DNA from: Heterodontus francisci
Lineage: Eukaryota
Direction: 5' to 3'
Length of the DNA stretch: 64,000 nt
Assembly: GCF_036365525.1 (NCBI RefSeq)
Contig: NC_090401.1
Span: 31,207,036 to 31,271,035 of the forward strand
The notes under the pieces are model-generated. The model worked only from the letters and a program-made list of their open reading frames with translations, had not been told where the DNA came from and made no database searches. Position numbers and translations under genes: made by a program. Below, piece by piece: positions 50,387 to 63,605 of the stretch; the stretch's first letter is position 1, and every line of letters starts with the position of its first letter.

Positions 50387-51757
50387 ATTGGGATAGTAGC
50401 ACCTGACCTATTCTGCAAGCTACTTGTATTCACTAACTGTCTCATTGATAGCCAGTCCATCTGCTCCACAAACCTATGCACAAGCTTCTTAATGTCTGTG
50501 CCAACTAGAGGGTTAAAATATTACCCCAGTGCTCCGATTCAATGCTGTATCTTGTCCTCAGTTACATGGGGCAGTTATTGGGGCATCATAATTGAGCGCT
50601 CCAAACTGTGGAGGAAAGAATCATCTGGCGGGAGTGGGGGCGGGGCGCGGGATGGAGATGGCTTCGTTCCTGATTGATGCCACTGGAAAGTGCACACATG
50701 TGTAAGAGTCCAGAATCTGTCTCAGCTGTGGTGCTCAACAATATAGAATAAGATGCCAAGACCCACTGGACGAGTATAGGAAGAATGCTTCATTGGGTGA
50801 GGTATTGAAGGACAGGCAGCAGCTGTGAAACCTACCTCAGTAAGAACTACACCCTTCAGGAGGGAAAGGAAGAAAAGTCTGGGGAAAATCCTGGGGAATA
50901 ATTGAGAACTGCTGCATTACTGACAAATTTCACCTATTGGCAAACAGCTGTCTGGGCCAGTGTAAGACACTAATATTAGTATGGAATATGCATGTGTGCT
51001 TGTATTTGATTATCATTTTCCGTACAAGGAATGGACACATGCGCAAAAAATGTGAGCAACCATCCTCTCAATTGTAGTGAGCCACGTGGACTTGCATGGT
51101 ATCTACTACAACACCTGCACTAGTCAAGCCTGAAAATGAGCAAGCATGGATCCAATCAGTTTTTCACTTAAATTAGCCAGGGGTGGGAAAGGATGCCAGT
51201 TCAATCCTCGACTCCACAGAGCTCTTGACAACAGCCTTGCTCTGTACAGAAAGACTAACAAAGCCAAGCATTTCCCATAGGGAACAGAGCAAGAAAAAAT
51301 GAGTGGGAAGCCTATACCAAACCATTCTCATGTGGCTCTTGATGGTCAACTAAGAACATGATAGGCAGCTGTCTGAAACTAGGCTACTCATCCACTTGAG
51401 CATAGTGGGTGTATTCTCTGAGATAGGGTGACTGATGAAGTAAGAGGGTGTGTGCATACACAAAAAGATATGTACTCCTCCCTTAAAAAAAAAGCATACA
51501 TCAACCACAATTGTTCCTTTTTTACAGGCATTACAGATATGTCCATTAGAATTGCATATGAAGGAGTAAAGTACTGAAGTTGCATAGCATGATTTCTTGT
51601 CATTAGTTCATAACACACTGTAGCTGCAATATCTGTTCATTATTCTATCCAATCCCGTTGTTGGATGATTTATATATTCAAAGCATTCTCAATATGTTTT
51701 CTCAATATTATTGAGACAAAGCTGCTCTAAGTTGGGAATATTAACTGATGTTCATAC

Positions 51758-51826
51758 CTCCACCAACAGCAATGTATGGGAGTGCGTCCATTAATCCACA
51801 GGAGTCATCCTCATCTGAAAGATGAT
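51758..51826 (-). CDS. IFI6: Gene C (IFI6-like), 69-nt exon (D)HLSDEDDSCGLMDALPYIAVGG
   Basis: Acceptor ttcctcttcctcag and donor gtatga, phase 1-1. Resembles recalled IFI6 SGSGFWKALTFMAVGG. Confidence 0.85.
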
Positions 51827-52727
51827 CTGAGGAAGAGGAAAGATTAAAAAAAAGTATAAATGGCTATATTACCCTTAGTCCTCCATTCTCTTTCCTACCT
51901 CTCTTCTGTTGATGCTGACCCATGATTGAATATGATGGTAAATTCTTGTTGCTGTGGAAAGTCACCGTTGCGCAATTTCATGATATGCATTCCTGATGTG
52001 TGCCAGCAGCATAGAAGTACATAATTTGCCCTCTGATTCCATATGTTACCCAATTTGCTTAATCTTGTGCCTGAGCCCAGGCAGTGAGTGTCAGCAGAAA
52101 AGTTGATTATTGAGCCATCATAGCTGAGCCGAATCCTTTCCTACCCCTGTGCTACCAATAACAAGGGACCATAGATAGAAGGTTATCATTATCTACTATC
52201 TAAATGTAAGAGATTAAGAAGAGAGAGCAAGAGAAACTTAGTTGTACAGATCAATGAAGCTTGTGGAATTCAGTTCCAGGGTTCGTGGATTGTGACAGAA
52301 ACTGTGCCAATACTCAAAATTTGACTGGATGGGTGAATAAAGTAAAAGGGGTTAAAGGGATATGGGAACAGGTCAGGTAAATGTGATTAGTGCTATTTTC
52401 TTGCATAGAGGGTACATGCTAGCACATTTCTTATGGCAGCACTACTGGAATTGTGGGATTAAGGAATTACTTATGAACATACAAAAAAGATGGATAGAAG
52501 AAGGCTATCACCTCTGTTCCATTCAGCTGTGTTGCAATTAGGCAACATGACCCCCAGTGCTCCATACCCTCCAACAGGCATGGCATCCCCTGGGAGTGTC
52601 AAAAAGAAATAGATTTAAAAAAACCTTGGCCAATTCAGGGAAAATAAAATTCTGGGAAATTCCTTTCCAAGGGCAATCAAAAAGAAGCTTCAGGACATAA
52701 CAGTCACTTAAGTACAAGGTACATCAC

Positions 52728-53629
52728 GGTCATGCAGACCCCCACCTGCCAAGAATGAGGCATATTAATTTTGCCATATGGACATTAAATTTCAAATTGT
52801 TGCTGGGAAGAAAAGAAGGTCTATTCCAAGGGCTGCCAGACACTTGGCTGAAAGACATTTGCATACCAATGGGGACAAGAGAGGTTACTTCCCTTATCCA
52901 CTTATCCTAAAATGGACATTGATCACCAAGTATTGTGTGTAAGAAGAGACATCCCAGGGTCAGCTAAGACAAGAGAATCCACAAACACCAAAGTGGTCAA
53001 ACCAGCTAGTCACATGACTAACCTGCTGGGCAACCTGGGCTTTTCTGAATTGTACAAACAGCTTGAGAGAAAAAGAAAGACTGTTTGCTCCTGGACTGAG
53101 AAGACCTCTCCTGTCTGCTCCCATCTATTTCTCACGGAGCTCCAAACCCACCGAAGACACGTGAACCTTGAAAGAGAAAAGTCTCCCACATCAAACAAGG
53201 TTTAAGAAGAATACTGGACCCCAATGAAAAGCGAGACCTACCTACAATCAACGACTCTACAGCAAGCTCTAAGAACAGCAACCAAAACTATCTTCAGATA
53301 TTGCCTCAAACTTTTCCACTTTATTTCTTCTGCTTTTTTCTGTCTCTATCTGCCTGTGTGTATTGTGTATGCATACTAGTGTGGGTGCATCGCGTATCCG
53401 TAAGCATTAACCGAATTAGAGTCTAAGTTTAATAAAGTTCAACCTTTCTGCTTTAAACCTAAGAAAACCTGTTTGATTGGTTTCTTTGCCTTACAATTGG
53501 AAAGCAATGAACAAGGATTCACTAAGGGGGAGCAAAGAAAATGGTGTGTTTAAAATAAAACCCTGTCACGGTTAAGACCAGGTGAAGGCTGAGAGGGAAC
53601 CGTAGACCCCCTTTCACCTGGTTGTAACA
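52728..53629 (+). mobile_element. Solo LTR
   Basis: Ends in TGTAACA, with 4-bp TSD tcac on both sides and an internal AATAAA. Related to 3517-4308. Confidence 0.85.
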
Positions 53630-53842
53630 TCACCCAATATCAGATGCAAGTGTGACACAGAATTTGCATAGCAGCAATGTAACACCTGTGTTGTTTGACA
53701 TAGGAATTGTGAGGAAGCGTGATAGGCAGGCAGTGTGTCCAATCATAAACCTTTTATGATATTAATAGGCAGATAAATAAATGTCTCCATTGGTTAATTG
53801 TACTGTAATAATATATCATTTCATGGCAATATGTCTACTCAC

Positions 53843-53909
53843 CTGTGGTTGCAAATGTGCTTGAAAATAGCAGGTAGGTAATGAAGAAACTGAGTGTCCC
53901 ACAAAACAT
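53843..53909 (-). CDS. IFI6: Gene C (IFI6-like), first coding exon MFCGTLSFFITYLLFSSTFATT (signal-peptide-like)
   Basis: Exon 53843-53974, bounded by ttttacag and gtgagt. Resembles recalled IFI6 MRQKAVSLFLCYLLLFT. The total CDS is 67+69+162+110 nt, or 135 aa plus stop. Confidence 0.85.
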
Positions 53910-55522
53910 AACTGAAATCAGGTGACAGATTATCACAGCAAATATAGTTCCAGCTTCACAGAGCAAATTTCGATCTGTAAAACACAGTAAACTGCATTAT
54001 ATTTTTCCCATTGAAGTTTCTCCCTCCTCCCAAGTTAAATCACAGTTCCATAGTCTATTTTTCATGTGTTAGTCAAAATATTTGAAGTTGGAAGGCTATT
54101 GAACGTTAAGGGCCAAGGCAGCCTGCCCTGTGGTCCCGATGCACAAGGGTAGTTTTTTACCCCACACACTTGCCAGCAAGAGCCACGAGGTAGTGAGCAG
54201 GAGCTCTGGCTGATTGGCCCTCCTAGCCCATGGATACTGAGCCCAACTATAGAAATTGTCTGGACTGCGATCTGACAATTTGGGACAGTTCAAATCTGGG
54301 ACCTTCATAATTTGTGTGGCATTTAACCACTGAGCCATTAGGAAAACCTCCAGTTAGCATTTTAATGTGATGTATACGTAAATAGATTTTTTAATAAAAT
54401 ATTTCATCCACTTTTTCCTTTACTTTGTCAAGAGTTTTATCTTTCTGTTAACATGCATTCTGTGTAATACAAGATTTTCTCATATAACGTCACACCAATT
54501 GTCAGGGAGCAGATGGCATGGTACAAAATAAGTGTGCAATGAGATCAGTCAACAGCTACAAAAGGCTTTGTTAAGAAATAATGCTCTCTGAGAAAAGTTG
54601 CTGCAGTTCTGCATTTTTATGAGAGAAATTATATTACAAATGTGAATGGCTTACACACAAACAAAAATGATGTCCAGGAAAAGACCAGCTGATTCATCGA
54701 CACAGTATAACACATTAATCATGACACTCAATGGTCTCACCGACCAGCAGCCAATGCATCTCTGGCATTTGCCAGCACAGACTTGATGGGCTGTATGGCC
54801 TGCTTCTGTGCCGTAACAATTCTGTGATTCTGTTATATTGGTTCAGGTACCGTAGAGTCATCCATTGTAGCCACCTAAAACAGGCTAACCTGCGAATAAA
54901 GGCTCTTGTTTTAGAGCCCAAACCAGAAATCAGTGCACTCTGAATACCACATTTAAACTTTGGGCTACTGAAGTCCGCTACTTTCCCCAGCCACCACCTG
55001 CCCAATTGCCTCACCCTCCCAACCTTGGCTGGCAACCTAGCTGGTTGATCATAATCCCCACTGTGCCCGGTGAGCTGTCTTTAGGGTTCCAACTAGCACA
55101 TGTATGTCGCTGGTACTATCCAAATGGGGTTGGTGGACTAATTTGCCCTGGTCCTGTGTCGGCCTTATCAGGTGTGTGCATTCTGTGCAGCACTGGGATT
55201 GTGCCCAATTTCCGAATCACTGTATTGACTTGCTGCCCTTTTTGAATATTCCTACATTAGTCTCCCTCTAATGCTTGAGAACAATTCTTGACTCTAGTGA
55301 ATTATTAAATATGTTAGCAAGGGACTTATTTAGCATGGCTCCCATCACTTTAAGCATTCTTGGGTGAAGGCTGTTAGGACTAGCCACCCGATCTTATTTA
55401 AGGTCCCTTATTTTTCCTCAGTTTACATCTATATTCATATTGACATTTGTAACTTTCGTGTTAACTGAATATTGTATTAATGGCAACTGAGCACAGTCTA
55501 CAGGAGTGAAGACTGCTGGAAA

Positions 55523-57829
55523 GTCTTCTTCTCTTCTTTGGCCTCCTTGTCTCGGGAGACAATGGGTAAGCGCCTGGAGGTGGTCAGTGGTTTGTGGAGC
55601 AGCACCTGGAGTGGCTATAATGGCCAATACTAGAGTGACAGACTCTTCCAATGGTGCTGCAGAAAAAATTGGTTGTCGGGGATGTTACACAGTTGGCTCT
55701 CCCCTTGTGCTTCTGTCTTTTTTCCTGCCAACTGCTAAGTCTCTTCGACTCGGCATGCTTTAGCCCCACCTTTATGGCTGCCCGCCAGCTCGGGCGATCG
55801 CTGGCAACTGACTCCCACGACTTGTGATCAATGTTACAGGACTTCATGTCACATTTGCAGACGTCTTTAAAGCAGAGACATGGACGGCCGGTGGGTCTGA
55901 TACCAGTGGCGAGCTCGCTGTACAATGTGTCCTTGGGGATCCTGCCATCTTCCATGCAGCTCACATGGCCAAGCCATTTCAAGCGCCGCTGACTCAGTAG
56001 GGTGTATAAGCTGGGGGTGTTGGCCGCCTCGAGGACTTCTGTGTTGGAGATGCGGTCCTGCCACCTGATGCCAAGTATACTCCGGAGGCAGCGAAGATGG
56101 AATGAATTGAGACGTTGCTCTTGGCTGACATACGTTGTCCAGGCCTCGCTGCCATAGAGCAAGGTACTAAGGACACAGGCTTGATACACTCGGACTTTTG
56201 TGTTCCGTGTCAGTGCGCCATTTTCCCACACTCTCTTGGCCAGTCTGAACACAGCAGTGGAAGCCTTTCCCATGCGCTTGTTGATTTCTGCATCGAGAGA
56301 CGGGTTACTGGTGATAGTTGAGCCTAGGTAGGTGAGCTCTTGAACCACTTCCAGAGCGTGGTCGCCGATATTGATGGATGGAGCATTTCTGACGTCCTGT
56401 CCCATGATGTTCGTTTTCTTGAGGCTGATGGTTAGGCCAAATTCATTGCAGGCAGCCGCAAATCTGTCGATGAGACTCTGCAGACACTCTTCAGTGTGAG
56501 ATGTTGATGCAGCATCGTCAGCAAAGAGGAGTTCCCTGATGAGGACTTTCCTTACTTTGATCTTCGCTCTTAGGCGGGCAAGGTTGAACAACCTGCCACC
56601 TGATCTTGTGTGGAGGAAAATTCCTTCTTCTGAAGATTTGAACGCATGTGAGAGCAGCAGGGAGAAGAAAATCACAAACAGTGTCGGTGCGAGAACACAG
56701 CCCTGTTTCACGCCACTCAGGATAGGAAAGTGGTCTGATGAGGTGCCGCTATGCTGAATTGTGCCTTTCATATTGTCATGGAATGAGTAATGATACTTAG
56801 TAGCTTTGGTGGACATCCAATCTTTTTTAGTAGTCTGAAGAGACCACGTCTGCTGATGAGGTCAAAGGCTTTGGTGAGATCAATGAAAGCAACGTAGAGG
56901 GGCATCTGTTGTTCGTGGCATTTCTCCTGTAGCTGACGAAGGGAGAACAGCATGTCAATGGTCGATCTCTTTGCTCGAATGCCACACTGTGCCTCAGGGT
57001 AGACATGCTCGGCCAGCTTCTGGAGCCTGTTTAAAGTGACTCGAGCGAAGACTTTCCCCACTATGCTGAGCAGGGAGATTCCACGGTAGTTATTGCAGTC
57101 ACCGCGGTCACCTTCGTTTTTATAGAAGGTGATGATATTGGCATCGTGCATGTCCTGTGGTACTGCTCCCTTGTCCCAGCACAGGCAAAGCAGTTCATGA
57201 AGTGCTGAGAGTATGGCAGGCTTAGCACTCTTGATTATTTCAGGGGTAATGCCGTCCTTCCCAGGGGCTTTTCCGCTGGCTAGAGAATCAATGGCATCAC
57301 TGAGTTCCGATTTTGTTGGCTGTACGTCCAGCTCATCCATGACTGGCAGAGACTGGGCTGCAATGAGGGCGGTCTCAGTGACAACATTCTCCCTGGAGTA
57401 CAGTTCGAGGTAGTGCTCAACCCAGCGGTCCATTTGCTTGCGTTGGTCAGTGATTGTGTCCCCTGATTTAGATTTGAGGGGGGCGATCTTCTTGATGGTT
57501 GGCCCAAAAGCTCTCTTAATGCCATCATACATTCCTCTGATGTTTCCGATGTCTGAGGCCAGCTGAATATGACTGCATAGGTGTTGCCAGTAGTCATTTG
57601 CGCAGTGCCTGGCTGTCTTTTGTGCAGCGCTTCTGGCTGCTTTAAGTGGTACGGATGTTAACTCGCTGGGAGCTTTTTTGTAGTTCAGCAGTGCAGTGCG
57701 CTTAGCGGCTATGACAGGTTCCAGCTGTTCAAAATGAGGTTGAAACCAGTCTGCATTTCGCTTCACACGTTTGCCATAGGTGGTCATGGCTGACTCATAG
57801 ATGGCGTCTCTGATGTGGGCCCACATCAT
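55523..57829 (-). mobile_element. RTE-clade LINE, 5'-truncated, relatively young
   Basis: Two long ORFs (353 and 410 aa) separated by one frameshift. Motifs NYRGISLLS, FIDLTKAFD, GVKQGCVLAP, LLFADD and LLYGSEAW, with a GAA-type tail. Confidence 0.95.
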
Positions 57830-58197
57830 TTGAAAACTCTGCTATGTCCTAGATGTGAGTTCACCTGAATCTGTTCTGAGCAATCCTGTAATGGCTGTCC
57901 TTCATCAGTCATTTATTGCACCTAAAATAGCTAAGAACAATTTTATTATTGCTACCAGTTATCTGCTATCTACTTCTCCATTGACTTTCTCCTGCGGATC
58001 GCAGCTTTTGTTGCCCTTAGCTGAGCTTGATACCCATCTTTGTTCTTTTGAGAGTTATTTTCCTTTAGTCTGTAAAAGCATTTTTGCTTAAGTCTCAACC
58101 TCTATTCACACCTGGTTGGGGGCTGGGGGGCAGAAAATAATACTCATTAACTTTATGGACTAATGGAGCAAAAACTATGAAAATGTTGTGATACAAT

Positions 58198-58940
58198 GGC
58201 CAGAATTTTACGGCCCCCAAACGAGCGGGCCGGTGGCAGGGGTGGTGGTGGTCATAAAATTGAGTGGGAGGCTGGGGGCGGGGGGTGGGGGAGGGCCCTT
58301 CCCAACCCCGTCCAGCTCCACTGTAATTTTATGCGGGGCAGCAGCGGTGAGAAACGGTCTGTCCGCCCCAGGCCAATGAAGGTCCTTAAGTGCCAATTAA
58401 CTGGCATTTAAGGGCCACTGCCTGCCACCGCAGGTATTTTACCATTGGCTGGTGGGTGCCGGAGGCCTCAAAAAGCCCCCCTTGGGAGGCCAGGTGGCCT
58501 TCTTGCGGGCTGGTGGCGGGCCCTCCTGATCGGGCACCTTGTGCCCCATGCAGGGCCCCCCCCATGAAGCCCCAACCGCCCCCAAAGCACAACACTAGCC
58601 TGCCCTCATAACCGACCCCCCTTGCCTCACCGGGGCCTGACCGATTGTCCCCGGTGAGGCCGTAAAACCTGCCTTATTTCCGGGGCTGTCCTTCCTGTTG
58701 GTTCCGATGGCTGGGTGTAGTCCCAGCAGTGGCCACCACTCCCGGTGGCACTGCTGGGACTAAGAGCTGCTGGCCGGCAGCTCCATTAGGCCTCAAGGAG
58801 GTGGATGTCCTGCCCAAGACCAATTAAAGGCTTAGGGAGTGAAAAATCCCGATCTGGCTCCCTAGGCCTGGTGGAGGCGGGCTCACCACTGACTTTTCAG
58901 CTGGTGGACGGGGCCTCCCACCCAATGAAAAATTCTGCCA
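58198..58940. mobile_element. GC-rich MITE (probable non-autonomous Harbinger)
   Basis: Termini ggccagaatttt and aaaattctgcc. Internal similarity to 21127-21654, 22320-22770 and 23150-23564/28375-28672. Confidence 0.75.
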
Positions 58941-59322
58941 ACAACTTAGACTTATGTAGCATTCTTAATGTAGTGGAATGTATCCATGTGCATCACTGAG
59001 GGTTGGGTGGGCAAAGAGGACACCAATCAGAAGTTGCAGGAAGAAGGTTATAGGTGTTAACTGAAGGCGTGGTCAAAGAGTTAAGTTTTAAAGGTGGGCC
59101 CTACTGGCCTTTATTTCAAGAAAACAAACTAGGATTTGAATTTTGGTGAAAGCATATTCTTTTAGCTTGAATTAAAAAATACAACATTGAAATGCTGGCT
59201 GTCCCAAAGGCTCAGCTGAGAAAGACAGGGTTAACTGGCCCAAACATACCAGAAGGCTCAGTTTTGATTACTAGATTGTGTAGAGTTAGTTGTTCTCAGC
59301 CTCTCAGGTGCCAGAAGAATTA

Positions 59323-60242
59323 TGTTACAGCCAGCTGATAAGGGATGTGGGTGGTTCCCACTGTTCAACTCTCAGCTGACCACAGCAAGTGTTTTTCTTA
59401 CTAGGGTTTTAACCCCTTTTGTTTTATTTGTCAAATAAACAGACAGCAATAGTTTTTATTGTACGTTTAAAACAGAAGATTAACTGTTTATTGAGCAATA
59501 TTCATTCCCAAAATGGTTGCAACCATACCTGCGCACGCAGTTACTTGCACACATATACACAGGAAGCGATAGATAGAGAGGAAAAGAGATAGGGTTTTGA
59601 AGTGAGGTAGGGTTTGGGGGTTCAGGGTAAACCTGTTGAATCTTCTCAGAGGTCAATTTCTCTAATGTTGTAGGCCTGGGTTGTTTGTAGATTTCTCTGG
59701 TAGTTGAGACTTCAATCTGGAGATGGGAATCACTTTCAGTTCTCTGCTGCACAAGTTGAAGTGTAGAATTTACAACAGGGTACCTTCTTTGGCTTTTGCT
59801 GGATCTCTCAGCTCTTGGCTGGACAGGCTTTTGGGGATGTTGCTCTGATTCTCTCTCTCTCTCTTTCTCTCTCTCTCCAGAGAGCTACCTTTTAAGGTCA
59901 AAATGTTGTCTCTGTTGGGAGACACAGAGTCCCTGCCCTGTGATGACCAATAATGGCCCAGGATGTGGCTACTTTACCCCTTCTTTGTTTCAGAAGAACC
60001 CATTCAATTCAAAAATGTCTTTAGATGGATTCAGGATGAGTGGAATTGACACCTCTTAGCTTGGAATGTATCCTTTAGTCCTTATCAGAAAGTACGACAG
60101 TTTGAATATACAGGCCTGGTCATTTGACCTTTGGTGGCCATTTTTCAGCACACTGTCCATTTTTTAAAGGAAAAGTCAATTTTTTATAACTCTTCAGTTT
60201 GGATTCCGTATTTCAATCGCTGTACATCATGTGAACTTGACA
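59323..60242 (-). mobile_element. Solo LTR
   Basis: Termini TGTTA and TGACA, with 4-bp flanks atta and attg. Confidence 0.7.
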
Positions 60243-60721
60243 ATTGGCAAAGACATTTGATGCTAACTTACCAGGAAAGTCCTCTTTGAGATCCAGCAAC
60301 AACTGCTGGAAAATACACATGTAGATGGCTGGAGAGAACCAAGTTTTTTTTCATTCTTTCATAGGTTGTGGGTGACACTGGCTAGGCCAGCATTTGTTGC
60401 CCATCTCTAATTGCCCTTGACAACTGAGTGACTTGCTAGGCCCTTCCAATGGGCAATTAAGAGTCAACCACATTGTTGTGGGTCTGGAGTCACATCTAGG
60501 CCAGACCAGGTAAGGACAGTTGATTTCTTTCCCTAAAGGACATTAGTGATTTTTTTTAAATGACAATCAATGATAGCTTTATGGCACCAGTACTGAGACT
60601 AGCATTCAATTCCAGACTTTTTATTAATTAATTGTATTTATTGAATTTAAAATTCCACCAGCTGCCATGGTGGGATTTGAACCCATGTCCCCAGGGCATT
60701 AGCCCAAGCCTCTAGATTACT

Positions 60722-60858
60722 ATAAAAGCAAAATACTGCAGATGCTGGAGATCTGAAATAAAAACAAGAAACACTGGAAATACTCAGCAGGTTTGGCAGC
60801 ACCAGTGGAGAGAGAAGCAGAGTTAACATTTCAGGTCAGTGACCCTTCTTCAGAACTG
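60722..60858 (-). mobile_element. Penelope-like terminal fragment (variant hammerhead)
   Basis: Third copy of the block at 33272 and 50250. Confidence 0.65.
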
Positions 60859-61374
60859 AACCTTTTGCATCCATTCAAGATGGTTTAAGGTCTTATCAGA
60901 AAAATGGCACCTCCGACAGTGCAGAATTCCCTCTGAAGTACTGCACTGTAGAGTCAGCCTAGATTACTCATTGTGAAGACCTTGTTAGTTAGCATAATTT
61001 TTAAAAATAACATTTATTGAGACATGTCAAAGATACATCAAGCAAATTCAAACAGATGAGGAAGGTTCTGGATTCAGTGTCTGGTCTTACTGGGTTTAAT
61101 CCCTGGTTAGACTATCTCAGCTGAGGCATGGCAGGAGTACTACAATTTGCCTTAGTATTTCATAGTTAGGGAGGTCAAAAATAGGCAGGGTTCCAAATCC
61201 AGACTTCTATCCAGTGACTCCTCCCAGAAGTACACATACCTGGATGTCAGGGAACAGGTGCGGGGTGGGGAGCTGGAAATGGGGAAGACTGCCTCTGGGC
61301 AGAAAAACTATGAACTTGATGTGTACAGCAAATTTGAAGGTTTTGTTACAAATAGTACAAAGTGAAAATCTTAC

Positions 61375-61434
61375 CTTGGATAAGGGTAACATCGGGCTAG
61401 ATGTCCCCTTTGCTTAAATAGTGACATTCACTAT
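61375..61434 (-). other. Putative 60-nt 5'UTR exon of gene C
   Basis: Acceptor tttgttaactcag and consensus donor AAG|gtaaga. Confidence 0.45.
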
Positions 61435-61746
61435 CTGAGTTAACAAATGACAAACGTCCACGTAGTGGAACGCTGCTGATACTTGTCGGATCATACTCTA
61501 GCAAAGGCTTCAGTACACGAGAGAGAAAAGGGGAGAAAAATTGGCAGAGAAAAGAGGAAAAAGCAGAGATATTTAAGTAAGTATTAAAACACGTAGCGCC
61601 ACGACACAAACATCAGACACCCCTACCGACACTGATTGAAGTGAGAAAGTTAGAAGTAAATATAAAAATTGATCTGTGGCACTATGAATCACTGATTATT
61701 CATAGATTATCGCAAATCCTTCATCAAAAGTATTAGAATACCTTAC

Positions 61747-61908
61747 CGCAGTTTGTTGAAGATCTGTTTGGGATCCGAGTAAAGAAACAAACGAACAGTA
61801 AATGTTAAACTGGCAGCACTGTGGCTTTTTATAAACAGCAGACCTGGCCACATTCCAGGAGAGACACGCCAGTTTCTATTCTGGAGAACAAATTGCAGTT
61901 TCGATTTT
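61747..61908 (-). promoter_or_regulatory. Promoter and non-coding first exon of gene C (TATA plus two ISRE-like sites)
   Basis: TATAAAA at 61833-61827, AGTTTCTATTC at 61871-61881, AGTTTCGATTTT at 61897-61908, and donor G|gtaagg at 61746. Confidence 0.7.
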
Positions 61909-62189
61909 AGTGTTTGAGATAGCGAATCCAAAATTGAAATTCCGGCTATGCCAAAGGCTTTTTTTTCTGCTGAACTGAAAAATATGTTAAATTGTTGACA
62001 GTGATGCCCGGCAGATATTTGGAAACCATTGTGATGCAATAAAATCTTCTGCTTGTTTTCCAAATCAATCACCTTTTGTTTTGCTTCAGGGGAAATCCCT
62101 CCATTTAGATACTGTATGTCCCTGCAATTGTAGGAACAAAGAACTGTACAGGTATAGAAAGCTCCATTATTGCTCCCATCAGTATCTAA

Positions 62190-62850
62190 GCAATTGATCA
62201 AATTCTGAGGCTGAAACTGACTGTTTGCAACCTTGGTGTCACACTTGACCCCAAGATAAGCTTCCAACCATCACTAAGATCTCCAATTTCCACCTCCATA
62301 ACATCACCCAACTCTGTTCTTGCCTCAATTCATCTGCTGCTGAAACCCTCATCCATACCTTTATTACCTCCAGACTTCAGTGTTCCAACATACTCCTGGC
62401 AAGACTCACATTTACTACCCTCCATGAACTTGAGGTAATCTAAAGCTCTGCTGCCTGTCCTACCTGGCACCAAGTTCCGTTCAGCCATCACTGGCTCCCG
62501 GAGAAGCAATGCCTCGATTTTAAAATTGTCACCTTTGTTTTAAAATCACTTCTCGCCCCTCTCTATTTCTGTAATCTCTTCCAGCCCAACAACCCTCTGA
62601 GATATCTACACTCCTACAGTTCTGGCCCTTTCAGCATCCCCGATTTTAATTGTTCTACCATTGGTGGCAATCCTTTCAGCTGCCAGGACACTCAGCTTTG
62701 GAATTCCCTCCCTAAACCTCTCCATCTCTTTACTTCTCTTTCCTCATTAAGACACTTCTTAAAACCTGCATCTTTGACTAAGCTTTGGTTCATTTTTACT
62801 AATATCACCTTAAGTGTCTCGGTGTCAAGTTTTGATGATAATGCTGCTAT
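62190..62850 (+). mobile_element. L2-clade LINE 3' fragment
   Basis: Typical L2 end (aaccttggtgtc...gaaaccctcatccat...cactggctccc...tggaattccctccctaaacc). Confidence 0.75.
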
Positions 62851-63272
62851 ATTTAGGACATATTTACTAAATACTTGTGCTCAATAACATGAGAGATGTT
62901 GAGGTTGGGCAATAGGAATGTTCCATTTACTATCAGGCCAGGTATAACAGCCAAGTGCACAACAAAACTTTGCTTCCTAGGACTTGTCTGAGTGAGAAAA
63001 TATGGGCAGTTTATGCTACAGATTCAAGCCTATTAGAATCTCGTTTGAGGGTATCTAAATTCAGTTCATGTTGGACTCTGGCAGTCACAGCAGCGGTGAG
63101 ATTTCCTTCCCATCAGTCTTGATGGGATTCAAATCCAGGTCATGGGTGAAAGAGCAGGGGTTAACTCACTGTGGTACTTTAACTTTATTGTGCTATCAAC
63201 GTTTGCTCATTAATTTGTCCTCTGCAAATTGACTAATGGCAGCCTGGAGTGGCATGGAAGTTCAGGGTTGAA

Positions 63273-63605
63273 GTAGTGGCGCAATGGTTAGCACCACAGC
63301 CTCACAGCTCCAGCGACCCGGGTTCAATTCTGGGTACTGCCTGTGCGGAGTTTGCAAGTTCGCCCTGTGACTGTGAGGGTTTTCGCTGGGTGCTCTGGTT
63401 TCCTCCCATAGCCAAAGACTTGCAGGTTGAAAGGTAAATTGGCGATTATAAATTGCTCCTAGTATAGGTAGGTGGTAGGGGAATTGTGGGGATGTAGTTG
63501 GGATTAATGTAGGATTAGTATAAATGGGTGGTTGATGGTCAGCATAGACTCAGTGGGCTGACGGGCCTGTTTCAGTGCTATATCTCTAAATAAAAAAAAA
63601 TAAAA
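63273..63605 (+). mobile_element. HE1-type tRNA-derived V-SINE
   Basis: A box tggcgcaatggtt, B box ggttcaattct, V-domain (gagtttgca...ggtttcctccca...aaagac), and a CR1-like 3' end with an A-rich tail. Confidence 0.88.

Noticed and set aside
63273-63345. tRNA gene
   Set aside because: The A and B boxes continue into a V-SINE body and a LINE-like tail, so this is a SINE head.
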